NCBI GenBank assembly: GCA_046485285.1
Contig: JAWOHE010000010.1
Location: forward strand, 1 to 51,129
Direction of reading: 5' to 3'
DNA length: 51,129 nt
Source of the DNA: a bacterium
GTDB taxonomy: Bacteria; Hydrothermota; Tepidihabitantia; Tepidihabitantales; Tepidihabitantaceae
Program-made: the position numbers and the translations under genes
Part shown: positions 9,278-18,874 of the stretch, one piece after another
Position numbering within the stretch: position 1 is the stretch's first letter
Layout: each line of letters opens with the position of its first letter
The notes under the pieces: model-generated
Databases searched by the model: none
Told to the model about the DNA's origin: nothing
The model's input: the letters and a program-made list of their open reading frames with translations, nothing else

Positions 9278-9700
9278 TCACACGTCCCACTGCTCGCGGA
9301 AGGGACTCGGCCCCTTCTGCTTCAGCGCGTCGGTCATCGCGGTCATCGTGTCCGCGAACTTGCGACCCTCGGCCGCGGAAATCCAGCGCAGCCAGACCCG
9401 GTCCTCGTCGAGCCCGACCGAGCGCAGGATGCTCTTGAACGCCACCATCCGCCGCCGCGCCTTGTAGTTGCCCGAGACGTAGTGGCAGTCGCCCGGATGG
9501 CAACCGCCCATGAACACCCCGTCCGCGCCCTCGAGCAGCGCGCGCAGAAGGTAGACCGAATCCACCGAACCCGAGCACATAACCCGGATCGGGCGCATGT
9601 TCGGCGGGTACTGCATCCGCGACGTGCCGGCGAGGTCCGCGCCTGCGTAGGTGCACCAGTTACATAGAAAGCCGACTATCCTGGGCTCGAAATCAGCCAT
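9278..9700 (-). CDS. mvhD: MvhD [2Fe-2S] subunit
   Basis: FLCNWCTYAGAD, RVMCSG, GCHPGDCHY, WISAAEG; RBS AGGAGG. Confidence 0.93.
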   Translation of the reverse strand: MADFEPRIVGFLCNWCTYAGADLAGTSRMQYPPNMRPIRVMCSGSVDSVYLLRALLEGADGVFMGGCHPGDCHYVSGNYKARRRMVAFKSILRSVGLDEDRVWLRWISAAEGRKFADTMTAMTDALKQKGPSPFREQWDV

Positions 9701-9748
9701 TCAGCCTCCTGCGTCTCGGATTGGTCCGATCGGTCTGTTCCCCGGTCC

Positions 9749-12700
9749 TCACAGCGCCGCGTCCACCATCGAAATCATCTGTCGCGCCCGGAACCCGCCC
9801 AACTCGATGGCGCTCGACGGGCAGGCCATCGCGCAGGCCCCGCAGCCCTGGCACAACACCGGCATCACCGCCGACTTGCCGGTCTCCGGGTTGACCTTCA
9901 CCGCCTCGTACTGGCAGATTTCCTCGCAGACCCCGCAGCCGACGCACCAGCGCTCGTTGACCTTCGCCACCACCGCCTCGGTCGCCAGTTCCTCGTGGCT
10001 GATGACCGAGCAGGCCCGGGCCGCGGCCGCGTAGGCCATCGCGATCGTCTCCGGGATCCGACGCGGGCTGTGGGCCATCCCGGCCATGAACACGCCCCGG
10101 GTCGTGAAATCCACCGGCCGGAGCTTGACGTGCGCCTCGAGGAAGAACCCGTCCTGGTTCATCGGCACCTTCAGCAACCGGGCGATCTTCTCGTTGTCCT
10201 GCGCCGGCACGACCCCGGCCGACAGCACCAGCGCGTCGGCGTCGATCCCGAGCCGGACCCCGAGCACCGGGTCGCGCACCGCGACATGCAGCCGGCCACC
10301 TAGCTCGGTGACCTCGGGCAGGTGCTGCTCGTCGAACCGGATGAACACCACCCCGGCCTCGCGCGCCGCGTGGTACAGCCCTTCCTTGAAGCCGTAGGTG
10401 CGCATGTCCCGGTAGAGAATGTAAACATTCCGCTTCGGGTCGAGCTGCTTCAGCCGGAGCGCGTTCTTCACCGCCTCGGTGCAGCAGATCCGCGAGCACC
10501 AGGGATGGGCGTCCTCGCGCGACCCGACGCACTGGATCATCACCACATCCTTGAGCCCGGCGAGCTTCTCGGGCGAGTCAACCACCAGCCGCTCGAGCCC
10601 GGTCTGGGTCATCACCCCGCTGCGCTCGCCGCAGCCGAACTCGGTCGGCCGGTATTCCTCCGCCCCGGTCGCGACGATAAACACGCCGTGCTCGAGCTCG
10701 AACCGCCTGTCGCGCTGTAGCACGGTTGTCCGGTAGTTGCCGACGTAGCCGGTGACGTCGGTGATCTCCGCACCGGTGAAGACCCTGACCCCGGGCGTCG
10801 CCTGGAGCCGGCCCTCCAGCTCCGCCAGCAGCTCGCTGATGCTCTCGCCGGTCACCGCGTAGCGCAGGTTGCGCAGGTGTCCGCCGAGCCGGTCCCGCTT
10901 CTCGACCAGGAAGGTCTCGAACCCCTGCTCGGCGATGGCGAGCGCAGCGGTCATACCCGCCAGCCCGCCGCCGATGACCAGCGCCTTCTGGACAATCGCC
11001 TGCGGCCGCGAGTAGAGTGGCCGGAGCAGGCGGGCGTTGGCAACCGCCATCCGGACCAGCTCGTTTGACTTCCGCGTCGCCGACTCCGGGTCCTTCATGT
11101 GCACCCAGGAACACTGGTCGCGGATGTTGGCCATCGTGAACAGGTGCGGGTTCAGACCCGCCTCGGCCAGCGTCTCCTGGAACAGCGGCTCGTGGGTCCG
11201 CGGTGTACAGGAAGCGACGATGACCCGATTCAGGCCGTGCTCCCGGATTGTCTTGGATATCTTCTCCTGGGTATCCTGCGAACAGGTGAAGAGATTCTCC
11301 TCGGCATAGACTACGCCCGGCAGGGTCTTCGCGTACTCGACGACGCTCGGCACCTTGACAACCCCGCCGATGTTGATGCCGCAGTTGCAGACGAAGACCC
11401 CGATGCGCGCCTCCTCCAGGCTGACGTCACGCTCGGGCGGGTACTCCTTCTTCGTGACCAGCGTGTTGCGCGCCGGCGCCAGCAGCGACCCGACCACCGC
11501 CGCGACCCCGGTCGCCTCGGTGACCGTCTCGGGAATGTCCTTGGGCTCCGACAGCGCCCCGCACACGAACACGCCCTCCCGGGCGGTGAGCATCGGCACG
11601 TGCGGATCGGTCGGCACGAACCCCTGGGCATCAACCTCGAGCCCGACCCGGCGGGCGAGCTCGGCCGCCCGCGGGTCCGCGGTCAGTGCGGTCGAGAGCA
11701 CGACCATATCGTAGCGCTCCTCGCGCAGGACGCCATCCTCGTCCTCGAAGCTGATGAACAGGTCCTCGGTCGCCTGGTCGCGCCGGAGCGCGCTCACCTT
11801 GCTCCGGCGGTAGACAATGCCGTACTCGTTCTGCGCCCGCTGGTAGTAGGCCTCGAAGTCCTTGCCGAAACAGCGCATGTCCATGAAGTAGATCTGGCAG
11901 TCCAGTTCGCCGCCGCAATGCTCGCGGGCGATGACCGCCTCCTTGGTCGCGTACATGCAGCAGACCGAGGAACAGTAGAAATGTTCCTGGTTGCGGGAGC
12001 CGACGCACTGGATCCAGGCCACCCGCTTCGGCTGCTTCCCGTCCGATGGCCGGCGGACGTGGCCCTCGTACGGCCCGGACGCGGACAGGATGCGCTCGAA
12101 CTCGAGGCTGGTGACGACGTTGGGATAGCGGCCGTAGCCGTAGCCGTGGTCGCCGGTCGGCTTGTACTCCTTGAACCCGCTGGCGAGCACGACCGCCCCG
12201 ATTTCGACTTCCTGCTCCACCTCGGTCATCGAATGGTCGATCGCTTCGGCCTCGCAGGCCGCGACGCACTGGAAGCACTCCGAGCAGATGCCGCAGTTCA
12301 AGCAGCGCTGCGCCTCGGCCACCGCGGTTTCCTCGTCGAACCCGAGCTCGATCTCCTCGTAACCCCGGAGCCGGTTCTCCAGCGGGATGGCCCGCTCCCC
12401 GGCACGCTCGCGGGGGACAACCCCGCACCGGTACCCGGCCGAGTCTTCCTTCGTTGCCGGCTCGGGCTTCCGCTCCGGCCGGCCCGCGGCCAGGTCCTCG
12501 CCCCGGATGAGCCGGTCGATCGATATCGCCGCCTCGTGCCCGTGGGCCACCGCCTCGATGACCGAGGCCGGCCCGGACACCATGTCCCCGCCCGCGAACA
12601 CGCCCGGCACGTTCGTCGCCAGCGTCACCGGGTCCGCCTTGAACGTCCCGCCCGGCCCGCGCTCGAACCCGTCGAAGCCGTCCGCCGCGACCGCGGCGCC

Positions 12701-14203
12701 GATCGCCAGGATGACTTCGTCGGCCGGCACCACCCGGTCCACACAGGAGTTGAACTCCGGGTTGAAGCGCTTGTTCTCGTCGAACACCCGGGTGCACTCG
12801 ATGACCCTGAGCCCGGTCACCCGGCCGTGCGGGCACTGGCCCTTCGGGCCAAACTCGCCGACAATCTTCTCCGGCCCCCAGGACGTCTCGAGCTTGACGC
12901 CCTCCGCCAGCGCCTCGCTGATTTCGTACTCGAACGCGGGCATCTCCTCCCGGCATTCGAGGCAGACCATCGTCACGTCCTCGGCCCCGCTGCGCCGGGC
13001 GGCCAGCGCGACGTCCACCGCGACATTGCCGCCGCCGATGACCACCACCCGCCTGCCCAGCTTCGGCGCCCGACCCTCGTTGACCTCGCGCAGGAAATCC
13101 AGCCCCAGCCGCACGCCCGGCAGGTCCATCCCCTCCAGCTTCAGCGTCCGGCTCGCCTGGCAGCCGAACCCGAGGAACGCCGCCTTGTACCCGTCCTTCA
13201 GCAGCGCGTCCAGCTCCTTGCGGTTCCGCACCGGGGACCCGGTCTTCAGTTCCACCCCGGTGCCGACGATGTCCGCGATTTCCCGCTCCAGCACCGCGGC
13301 CGGCAGCCGGTAGTCGGGGATACCGGTCCGCATCATCCCGCCCGGCTTCTCCGCGGCCTCGAACACCGTCACCTGGTAACCCTTCGCCCGCAGGTCGAGC
13401 GCGCAGGTCAGCCCGGCCGGCCCGGCCCCGACCACCGCGACCTTCTCCGGCCGCCCCGCCGCCGGCCCGGGAATGACCGGGTACTCCAGCTCGTGCTCCC
13501 GGACGTAGTCAGAAACGAACCGCTTCAGCGTCCGGATCGAGACCGGCGCCTCGTACTCCTTGCGGTTGCAGCTCTGCTCGCAGGGATGGTGACAGACCCG
13601 GCCGCTGACGCCCGGGAACGGCAGCCGCTCCCGCACCAGCTCGTAGGCTTCCTTGAACTTGCGCTGGGCGATCAGCGCGACGTAGCCCTGGGCATTGACC
13701 CCGGCCGGGCAAGCCAGCCGGCAGGGCGCGCGCCGGTCGTTCTTCTCGATCGTGAACGCGTTCGGAATCGCCTGCGGGAACAGCCGGTAGGTCGCCTTGC
13801 GCAGCGAGATGTCCTGGTTGTAGCTGTCCGGCACATCGACCGGGCAGACCTTGGCGCAGTCGCCGCAGCCGGTGCACTTGTCCAGGTCCACGAACCGCGG
13901 CTTGCGCCGGATCCGAGCCCGGAAGCTCCCCGGCTCGCCCTCGAGCCCGAGGAACTCCGAGTACATCAACAGCTCGATATTCGGGTGCCGGCCGGTCCCG
14001 ACCAGTTTCGGCGACAGGATACACATCGAGCAGTCGTTGGTCGGGAAGGTCTTGTCGAGCATCGACATTACGCCGCCGATGGACGGCTTCTCGTCGAGCA
14101 GGTAGACCTTGAACCCGGCGTCGGCCAGCTCCAGCGAACTCTGGATGCCGCCGATGCCCGAACCGATGACAAGGACCGCGCCGGTCGGTTGTTTCTCGCT
14201 CAT
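9749..14203 (-). CDS. hdrA: large HdrA (HdrL-type) with inserted GltD/NfnB-like NAD(P)H oxidoreductase module
   Basis: HdrA motifs interrupted by PCRLACPAG..GRVCHHPCE..C, GAGPAG, GIPDYRLP, GGGNVAVD, GGDMV.GP and EAQRCLNC. Confidence 0.9.
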   Translation of the reverse strand: MSEKQPTGAVLVIGSGIGGIQSSLELADAGFKVYLLDEKPSIGGVMSMLDKTFPTNDCSMCILSPKLVGTGRHPNIELLMYSEFLGLEGEPGSFRARIRRKPRFVDLDKCTGCGDCAKVCPVDVPDSYNQDISLRKATYRLFPQAIPNAFTIEKNDRRAPCRLACPAGVNAQGYVALIAQRKFKEAYELVRERLPFPGVSGRVCHHPCEQSCNRKEYEAPVSIRTLKRFVSDYVREHELEYPVIPGPAAGRPEKVAVVGAGPAGLTCALDLRAKGYQVTVFEAAEKPGGMMRTGIPDYRLPAAVLEREIADIVGTGVELKTGSPVRNRKELDALLKDGYKAAFLGFGCQASRTLKLEGMDLPGVRLGLDFLREVNEGRAPKLGRRVVVIGGGNVAVDVALAARRSGAEDVTMVCLECREEMPAFEYEISEALAEGVKLETSWGPEKIVGEFGPKGQCPHGRVTGLRVIECTRVFDENKRFNPEFNSCVDRVVPADEVILAIGAAVAADGFDGFERGPGGTFKADPVTLATNVPGVFAGGDMVSGPASVIEAVAHGHEAAISIDRLIRGEDLAAGRPERKPEPATKEDSAGYRCGVVPRERAGERAIPLENRLRGYEEIELGFDEETAVAEAQRCLNCGICSECFQCVAACEAEAIDHSMTEVEQEVEIGAVVLASGFKEYKPTGDHGYGYGRYPNVVTSLEFERILSASGPYEGHVRRPSDGKQPKRVAWIQCVGSRNQEHFYCSSVCCMYATKEAVIAREHCGGELDCQIYFMDMRCFGKDFEAYYQRAQNEYGIVYRRSKVSALRRDQATEDLFISFEDEDGVLREERYDMVVLSTALTADPRAAELARRVGLEVDAQGFVPTDPHVPMLTAREGVFVCGALSEPKDIPETVTEATGVAAVVGSLLAPARNTLVTKKEYPPERDVSLEEARIGVFVCNCGINIGGVVKVPSVVEYAKTLPGVVYAEENLFTCSQDTQEKISKTIREHGLNRVIVASCTPRTHEPLFQETLAEAGLNPHLFTMANIRDQCSWVHMKDPESATRKSNELVRMAVANARLLRPLYSRPQAIVQKALVIGGGLAGMTAALAIAEQGFETFLVEKRDRLGGHLRNLRYAVTGESISELLAELEGRLQATPGVRVFTGAEITDVTGYVGNYRTTVLQRDRRFELEHGVFIVATGAEEYRPTEFGCGERSGVMTQTGLERLVVDSPEKLAGLKDVVMIQCVGSREDAHPWCSRICCTEAVKNALRLKQLDPKRNVYILYRDMRTYGFKEGLYHAAREAGVVFIRFDEQHLPEVTELGGRLHVAVRDPVLGVRLGIDADALVLSAGVVPAQDNEKIARLLKVPMNQDGFFLEAHVKLRPVDFTTRGVFMAGMAHSPRRIPETIAMAYAAAARACSVISHEELATEAVVAKVNERWCVGCGVCEEICQYEAVKVNPETGKSAVMPVLCQGCGACAMACPSSAIELGGFRARQMISMVDAAL

Positions 14204-16341
14204 CCGACCGCCTCTTCCGTCATCTCATAGATGCTCTTCTTGCTGAAGTTACGGTGGCTCATCGCGCCCGACGGGCAGGCGACCGAGCAGGCCCCGCAGC
14301 CCTCACAGAGCGCGACATTGACCACCGCCACCCCGCGCCCGCTGTCCACCTTCACCGCGCCGTAGGCGCAGGTCTGCTCGCAGTTGCCGCACCCGACGCA
14401 GATGTCCTCGTCCACGCAGGCGGTCGTCGGGGCGTGGAAAATCTGCTCCTGCCCGAACATCGCCAGCACCTTCGCCGCCGCCGCGGAAGCCTGCGCAACC
14501 GTCTCGGGAATGTCCTTCGGCCCCTGCCCGCAACCCGCGAGAAAGAACCCGCCGGTCAGCGTCTCGACCGGCCGCAGCTTCGGGTGGGCCTCGGTCAGGA
14601 AACCATGGGCATCAACCTGCATCTTCAGCCGCTTCGCCAGCTCCACGCCATCCGGGTTCGCGATGACCGCGCTCGCCAGCACGACCAGGTCGGCCTCGAG
14701 CTCGACCTTGCGGCCCGCGAGCGTGTCCGAGGCCCAGACCACCACCTTGTCGCCCTGCCGGTACACCTTCGACACCTTGCCCCGCAGGTAGGTCGTGCCC
14801 TCGTCGGTCGCCCGCTGGTAGAACTCCTCGAAGCCCTTGCCCGGGGTGCGGACGTCGATGTAGCAGATGGTCGCCTCGCCGTCGTGGACCCGGTGCTTGT
14901 ACAGAATCGCCTGCTTGGCGGTGTACATGCAACAGATCTTCGAGCAATAGGGCATGCCGTGCTCGCGGTCCCGCGAGCCCGCGCACTGGATGAAAACCAC
15001 CTTCTTCGGCACCTTGCCGTCGCTCGGCCGCTTCACCTCGCCCTGGGTCGGGCCGGACGCGGACAGCAGCCGCTCGAAAGCCAGCCCGTCGATCACGTCC
15101 GGCACCCGGCCGATACCGTACGCGTTCATCCGCTCGTGGTCGAACAGCTCGTACCCGGTCGCGAGCACGATTGCACCGACCTCCTCCTCGACGAACTTCT
15201 CGGAATCATCGTAGCGGATTGCCTTGGTCGGGCAGACCTTCGCGCAGACCCCGCACTTCCCCCTGGTCAGGTAGATGCAGGCCTCGGCGTCAATCACCGG
15301 CCGGTTCGGCACCGCCTGGGGCAGTAAACGGTAGATCGCCCGGCGCTTGCCCAGCCCCCGCTCGAAATCGGACTCGACCCGGGCCGGACACTTCTCCATG
15401 CACAGCCCGCAGCCGGTGCAGGCGTCGAAATCCACGTAGCGCGGCTTCTGCCGGATGCGGATCTTGAAGTTGCCGATGTAGCCCGACACCTCCGCGATTT
15501 CAGAATAAGTGTAGAGCTTGATGTTCGGGTGCCGGCCGGTCTCGACCGTTCGCGGGGTCAGGATGCACTGCGAGCAATCCAGCGTCGGGAATGTCTCGGA
15601 GAGTTGGGCCATGTGCCCGCCGATGGACGGCTGCCTCTCGACCAGCACCACCTCGTACCCGGCGTTGGCGATGTCCAGCGCGGCCTGGATGCCGGCGATG
15701 CCCGCGCCGATGACCAGCGCCCGCTTCTTGACCGTCACGCCCACCGGCACCAGCGACTCGTCGTGGGTCGCCCGGGACAGCGCCAGCCGGACGATGTCTT
15801 CCGCCTTGTCGGTTGCCTCGTCCCGGTCCCGAGTGACCCACGCGCACTGCTCGCGGATGTTGGCGATTTCGGTCTGGTAGTAATTGAGCCCGGCCTCCTC
15901 GCCCGCCTTGCGGAATGTCGCCTCGTGCAGGGTCGGCGAACAGCAGGCCACCACCACCCGGTCCAGCCGGTCCGCCTTGATGCTGTCGCGGATTATCTGC
16001 TGGCCCGGGTCGGAGCAGCAATACTGGTAGTCACGCGCGACTGCCACGCCGGGCATCATCTTCGCCCGCTCGACCAGCTCCGGCACCTTTACCACCCCGG
16101 CGATGTTGATGCCGCAATGACACACGAACACTCCCACCCGCGGCTTGCGGGAAATCGGGGACATGACCGGTTTGTCGGACAAGGCGGATCGTGTACCCGC
16201 ATTTCGCGCGTGCACTGGCGTCCCGTCCGGCCTGGTCTCCTGCTGAGTTTCGACCGCCGGTCGGACCGGTTGCTCCGGGAGGCCTGCCACTTCCTGTTCC
16301 TCGCCCCTCGGCTTGCCGGTCCATTTGTCCCTTCCGCTCAC
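14200..16341 (-). CDS. hdrA: canonical-length HdrA (conserved part begins at ~16164)
   Basis: RVGVFVCHCGINI, GAGIAG, ETFPTLDCSQCIL, QCAGSRD..CSKICC, EAHPKLRPVET, C-terminal ferredoxin. GTG at 16341 overlaps the hdrB stop; alternative ATG at 16164. Confidence 0.9.
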   Translation of the reverse strand: MSGRDKWTGKPRGEEQEVAGLPEQPVRPAVETQQETRPDGTPVHARNAGTRSALSDKPVMSPISRKPRVGVFVCHCGINIAGVVKVPELVERAKMMPGVAVARDYQYCCSDPGQQIIRDSIKADRLDRVVVACCSPTLHEATFRKAGEEAGLNYYQTEIANIREQCAWVTRDRDEATDKAEDIVRLALSRATHDESLVPVGVTVKKRALVIGAGIAGIQAALDIANAGYEVVLVERQPSIGGHMAQLSETFPTLDCSQCILTPRTVETGRHPNIKLYTYSEIAEVSGYIGNFKIRIRQKPRYVDFDACTGCGLCMEKCPARVESDFERGLGKRRAIYRLLPQAVPNRPVIDAEACIYLTRGKCGVCAKVCPTKAIRYDDSEKFVEEEVGAIVLATGYELFDHERMNAYGIGRVPDVIDGLAFERLLSASGPTQGEVKRPSDGKVPKKVVFIQCAGSRDREHGMPYCSKICCMYTAKQAILYKHRVHDGEATICYIDVRTPGKGFEEFYQRATDEGTTYLRGKVSKVYRQGDKVVVWASDTLAGRKVELEADLVVLASAVIANPDGVELAKRLKMQVDAHGFLTEAHPKLRPVETLTGGFFLAGCGQGPKDIPETVAQASAAAAKVLAMFGQEQIFHAPTTACVDEDICVGCGNCEQTCAYGAVKVDSGRGVAVVNVALCEGCGACSVACPSGAMSHRNFSKKSIYEMTEEAVG

Positions 16342-17195
16342 AGCAACCCCTTCTCCGCCAGCATCGGCCGCGGGTCGACCGCGCAGTTATCGAAGCCCAG
16401 CTCCGCCGGGTCCAGTCCGAGCGCTAACGCGAGCAGTTGGGTGAAGTACAGCACCGGCAGTCCTTCTCCCGCCGGCCGCAGCCGGTCGAGGTTGTACTGG
16501 CAGAGCGGGCAGGTGGTGATGACCGCGTCCGCGCCCCACGCCCGGGCGTTCTCCAGCACCCGGGCCGAGGAGTCGCGAGCCACGTCCTTCCGGTTCACAA
16601 CGAGGTAACCGCCGCAACACTCGGTCTTGAAATCGAACCGCACCGGCTCCGCGCCCAGCGCCCGGGCGAGCTCGTCCATCACCTGCGGGTTCTCCGGGTC
16701 GTCGAACTCCAGCACCGTCGCCGGCCGGACCATCAGGCAACCGTAGTAGGAGGCCAGCCTGAGCCCGGCCAGCGGCCTCGCCACTTTGGCCTGCACCGCC
16801 TCCCAGCCGATGTCGCGCTTCAGCACGTCGAGGTAATGGACCACCCGGACCTCGCGCTCGTACGGCTCGTCGATGAAATTCAGCACCCGCTCGCGCTCGA
16901 CCGCGTTCGCCGGGTCGTCAATCCGGGCCTTCGCCCGCTTGAGCACGTTGTAGCAGGCCGCGCACAGCGTCACCAGCGTGTCGCCCAGCGCGCTCGCCCG
17001 GACGATGTTCCGGGTCGCGCCGACCCGGCCCGCGAAGTCATCGCTGGTGGTGTTGTAGATTGCCCCGCAGCAGACCCACGACGGCATCTCCCGGAGCTCC
17101 ACGCCCAGCACCGCCAGCGACCTCCGCGCCGAACGGTCAAGCTCACGCCCCTTGGTGTAGAGCGTGCAACCCGGGTAGTAGGCGTAATCAGCCAT
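16338..17195 (-). CDS. hdrB: HdrB-like CCG-domain protein, copy 2
   Basis: Same two CCG motifs; close paralog of 2963-3844. Confidence 0.9.
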   Translation of the reverse strand: MADYAYYPGCTLYTKGRELDRSARRSLAVLGVELREMPSWVCCGAIYNTTSDDFAGRVGATRNIVRASALGDTLVTLCAACYNVLKRAKARIDDPANAVERERVLNFIDEPYEREVRVVHYLDVLKRDIGWEAVQAKVARPLAGLRLASYYGCLMVRPATVLEFDDPENPQVMDELARALGAEPVRFDFKTECCGGYLVVNRKDVARDSSARVLENARAWGADAVITTCPLCQYNLDRLRPAGEGLPVLYFTQLLALALGLDPAELGFDNCAVDPRPMLAEKGLL

Positions 17196-17596
17196 CAGCC
17201 CGCGGACTTCCTGAAACTGGCCATGAACGCCTGCTGGGGAATCTCCTCGCAGTCCTCATCGGAAACGGTCTCCGGCCCGACCCGGCTTGACCGCACCGGT
17301 CGCCGCAGGACGATCGCCCGGCAGGCCTCGGCAATCAGCGCGTAGTCAACCCCGCGCGGACAGCGCGTGCCGCAGACCATGCAGCTCGCGCACAGCCAGA
17401 TGCCCTCGGAATCGAGCAATTCCTGCGCCCGGCCGAGCTGAAGCAGCCGGATTGCCTTTGATGGCGGCGGGTCCATCGCCTCGCCGATCGGACAGCCGGC
17501 GGTGCAGCAACCGCACTGGTAGCAGTCGGCAATAACCTGCCCGCTGAGTTCCTCAACCGAGCGCACCAGCGGAGAACCGGGCAACGCTTTAGACAT
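17195..17596 (-). CDS. hdrC: HdrC-like protein, copy 2
   Basis: CYQCGCCTAGCP and WLCASCMVCGTRCP. Confidence 0.9.
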   Translation of the reverse strand: MSKALPGSPLVRSVEELSGQVIADCYQCGCCTAGCPIGEAMDPPPSKAIRLLQLGRAQELLDSEGIWLCASCMVCGTRCPRGVDYALIAEACRAIVLRRPVRSSRVGPETVSDEDCEEIPQQAFMASFRKSAG

Positions 17597-17607
17597 GGTA
17601 AGAGGAA

Positions 17608-17636
17608 ATCATAATTCTCCCCTGACCGCTGGTCAA
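17608..17636 (-). promoter_or_regulatory. sigma70-type promoter of the hdr cluster
   Basis: TTGACC-N17-TATGAT, 11 nt upstream of the hdrC ATG; no Shine-Dalgarno (SD). Confidence 0.7.
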
Positions 17637-17672
17637 GCCGGCTGAGAGGGTTGCAGTACGTTGGTTCGCCGC

Positions 17673-18548
17673 TCAAAGCGGCCGGTCCCTCCGCGCCTCC
17701 TCGTACAGCCGCGCCACCCGCGCCGCTACCTGCCGCAGGGTCGCCAGCGGCACGACGTCGCCGGCCCGCTCCCGCATCCGCGCCTCAACCTCCGCCAGCC
17801 GCTCATCTCTCGTCTTCCGCCGCCTCCCCCGCCTTCCCTTCCGCAATTTGCCATCTGCACTCTGCAACTTGCAGTCTGCAATCCGTTCCGCCTCCGCCTT
17901 CCTTCCCCCTTCCGTCCTCACCCTTTCTCTCCTCCCCCTTCCTTCTCCTGCCCTTCCCTCATCCGCCATCTCCATCGCCTTCCACACCATCCGGCCGTAG
18001 CTCAGCGCCAGCTTCTGCGCCACGTAGCTCAACTCGCTCCCGGACCGCGCCAGCTCCTCCGTCACGGCCCGGTCCACCGCCCGGTACCGGTGCCGCGCCG
18101 CCAACTGCCGCGCCAGCGCCTGCGCCCGCCTCGCCGGCGCCACCGGCTTCTGCCCGGCCCGCTTCCGCGCCGCCTCGGTCTTCAGATCGTAGACATTGAG
18201 CCGCGCCGCCTCCCGGCTCTCGTCCCCGGCAAGCCCGGCCAGCGCCGTTTCCCGCGCCCGCGTCTCCCGCACCGGCGGCCGGGAAGTGTACCGGTCCAGC
18301 ACCGGCACCAGCTCCCCGAACGACGCCCCGCAGGCCCGCAGGTAGTCCGCGACGAGCCTCAGTGTCGGCGGTCCCAGCCGGCCGCGCTCCAAGCGGCTGA
18401 GGTACGCGTAGAAGCCCGGCTCCCGGCCCATCAGGTGCGCCAGCTCGACCAGTCTCAACCCGGCCCGGAGCCGCAGACCGCGCAGCCCCGCACCCAGCAC
18501 GGCCGCCTCTCCCGCACCATAACCACTCGATTCTGCTCTACTGACCAT
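17673..18548 (-). CDS. XRE-family helix-turn-helix protein with helical C-terminal domain
   Basis: LRGLRLRAGL..ELAHLMG..YLSRLERG...PTLRLVADYLRACG; paralog of 40257-40934. ATG at 18548. Confidence 0.8.
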   Translation of the reverse strand: MVSRAESSGYGAGEAAVLGAGLRGLRLRAGLRLVELAHLMGREPGFYAYLSRLERGRLGPPTLRLVADYLRACGASFGELVPVLDRYTSRPPVRETRARETALAGLAGDESREAARLNVYDLKTEAARKRAGQKPVAPARRAQALARQLAARHRYRAVDRAVTEELARSGSELSYVAQKLALSYGRMVWKAMEMADEGRAGEGRGRRERVRTEGGRKAEAERIADCKLQSADGKLRKGRRGRRRKTRDERLAEVEARMRERAGDVVPLATLRQVAARVARLYEEARRDRPL

Positions 18549-18553
18549 ATCCA

Positions 18554-18582
18554 ATGTTAGTTATAACTCACGGTCGCGTCAA
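18554..18582 (-). promoter_or_regulatory. sigma70-type promoter, apparently leaderless transcript
   Basis: TTGACG-N17-TAACAT, then 5 nt to the ATG. Confidence 0.6.
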
Positions 18583-18658
18583 TCTGAAAATCGCTACAAT
18601 CGCTTGATAAATCAGCACTTCATTCACCTCCGAATTTCCCCCCTCCCCTATCCCCGGG

Positions 18659-18874
18659 GTTACCCCCCCAGTAACTCCCGGGGTTACCGGGGTAGTTACT
18701 CCCGGGGTTACTCCCGGTGTTACTCCGGGGGTTACTCCGGGGGTTACTGCCGGGGTTACCGGGGTAGTAACTACCGGGGTTACTCCGGGTGTTACTGGGG
18801 TAGTTACTGGGGCAGTTACTCCGGGGGTAACTGGGGGAGTTACTCCGGGAGTTACCGGGGGAGTAACTCCGGGA
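18659..18874. repeat. 12-bp-period array: 18 x GTWAC core with variable 7-nt spacers
   Basis: GTTAC or GTAAC starts exactly every 12 nt from 18659 to 18863. Confidence 0.95.

Noticed and set aside
437-17596. Selenocysteine (in-frame TGA) in HdrA, MvhD or MvhA
   Set aside because: The usual Sec positions are Cys here (DPCFAC, DCSMC/DCSQC, CNWC, GCHPGDC), and the ORFs are uninterrupted.
18659-18874. CRISPR array
   Set aside because: A 5-nt repeat and 7-nt spacers are far too short, and there are no cas genes in the window.
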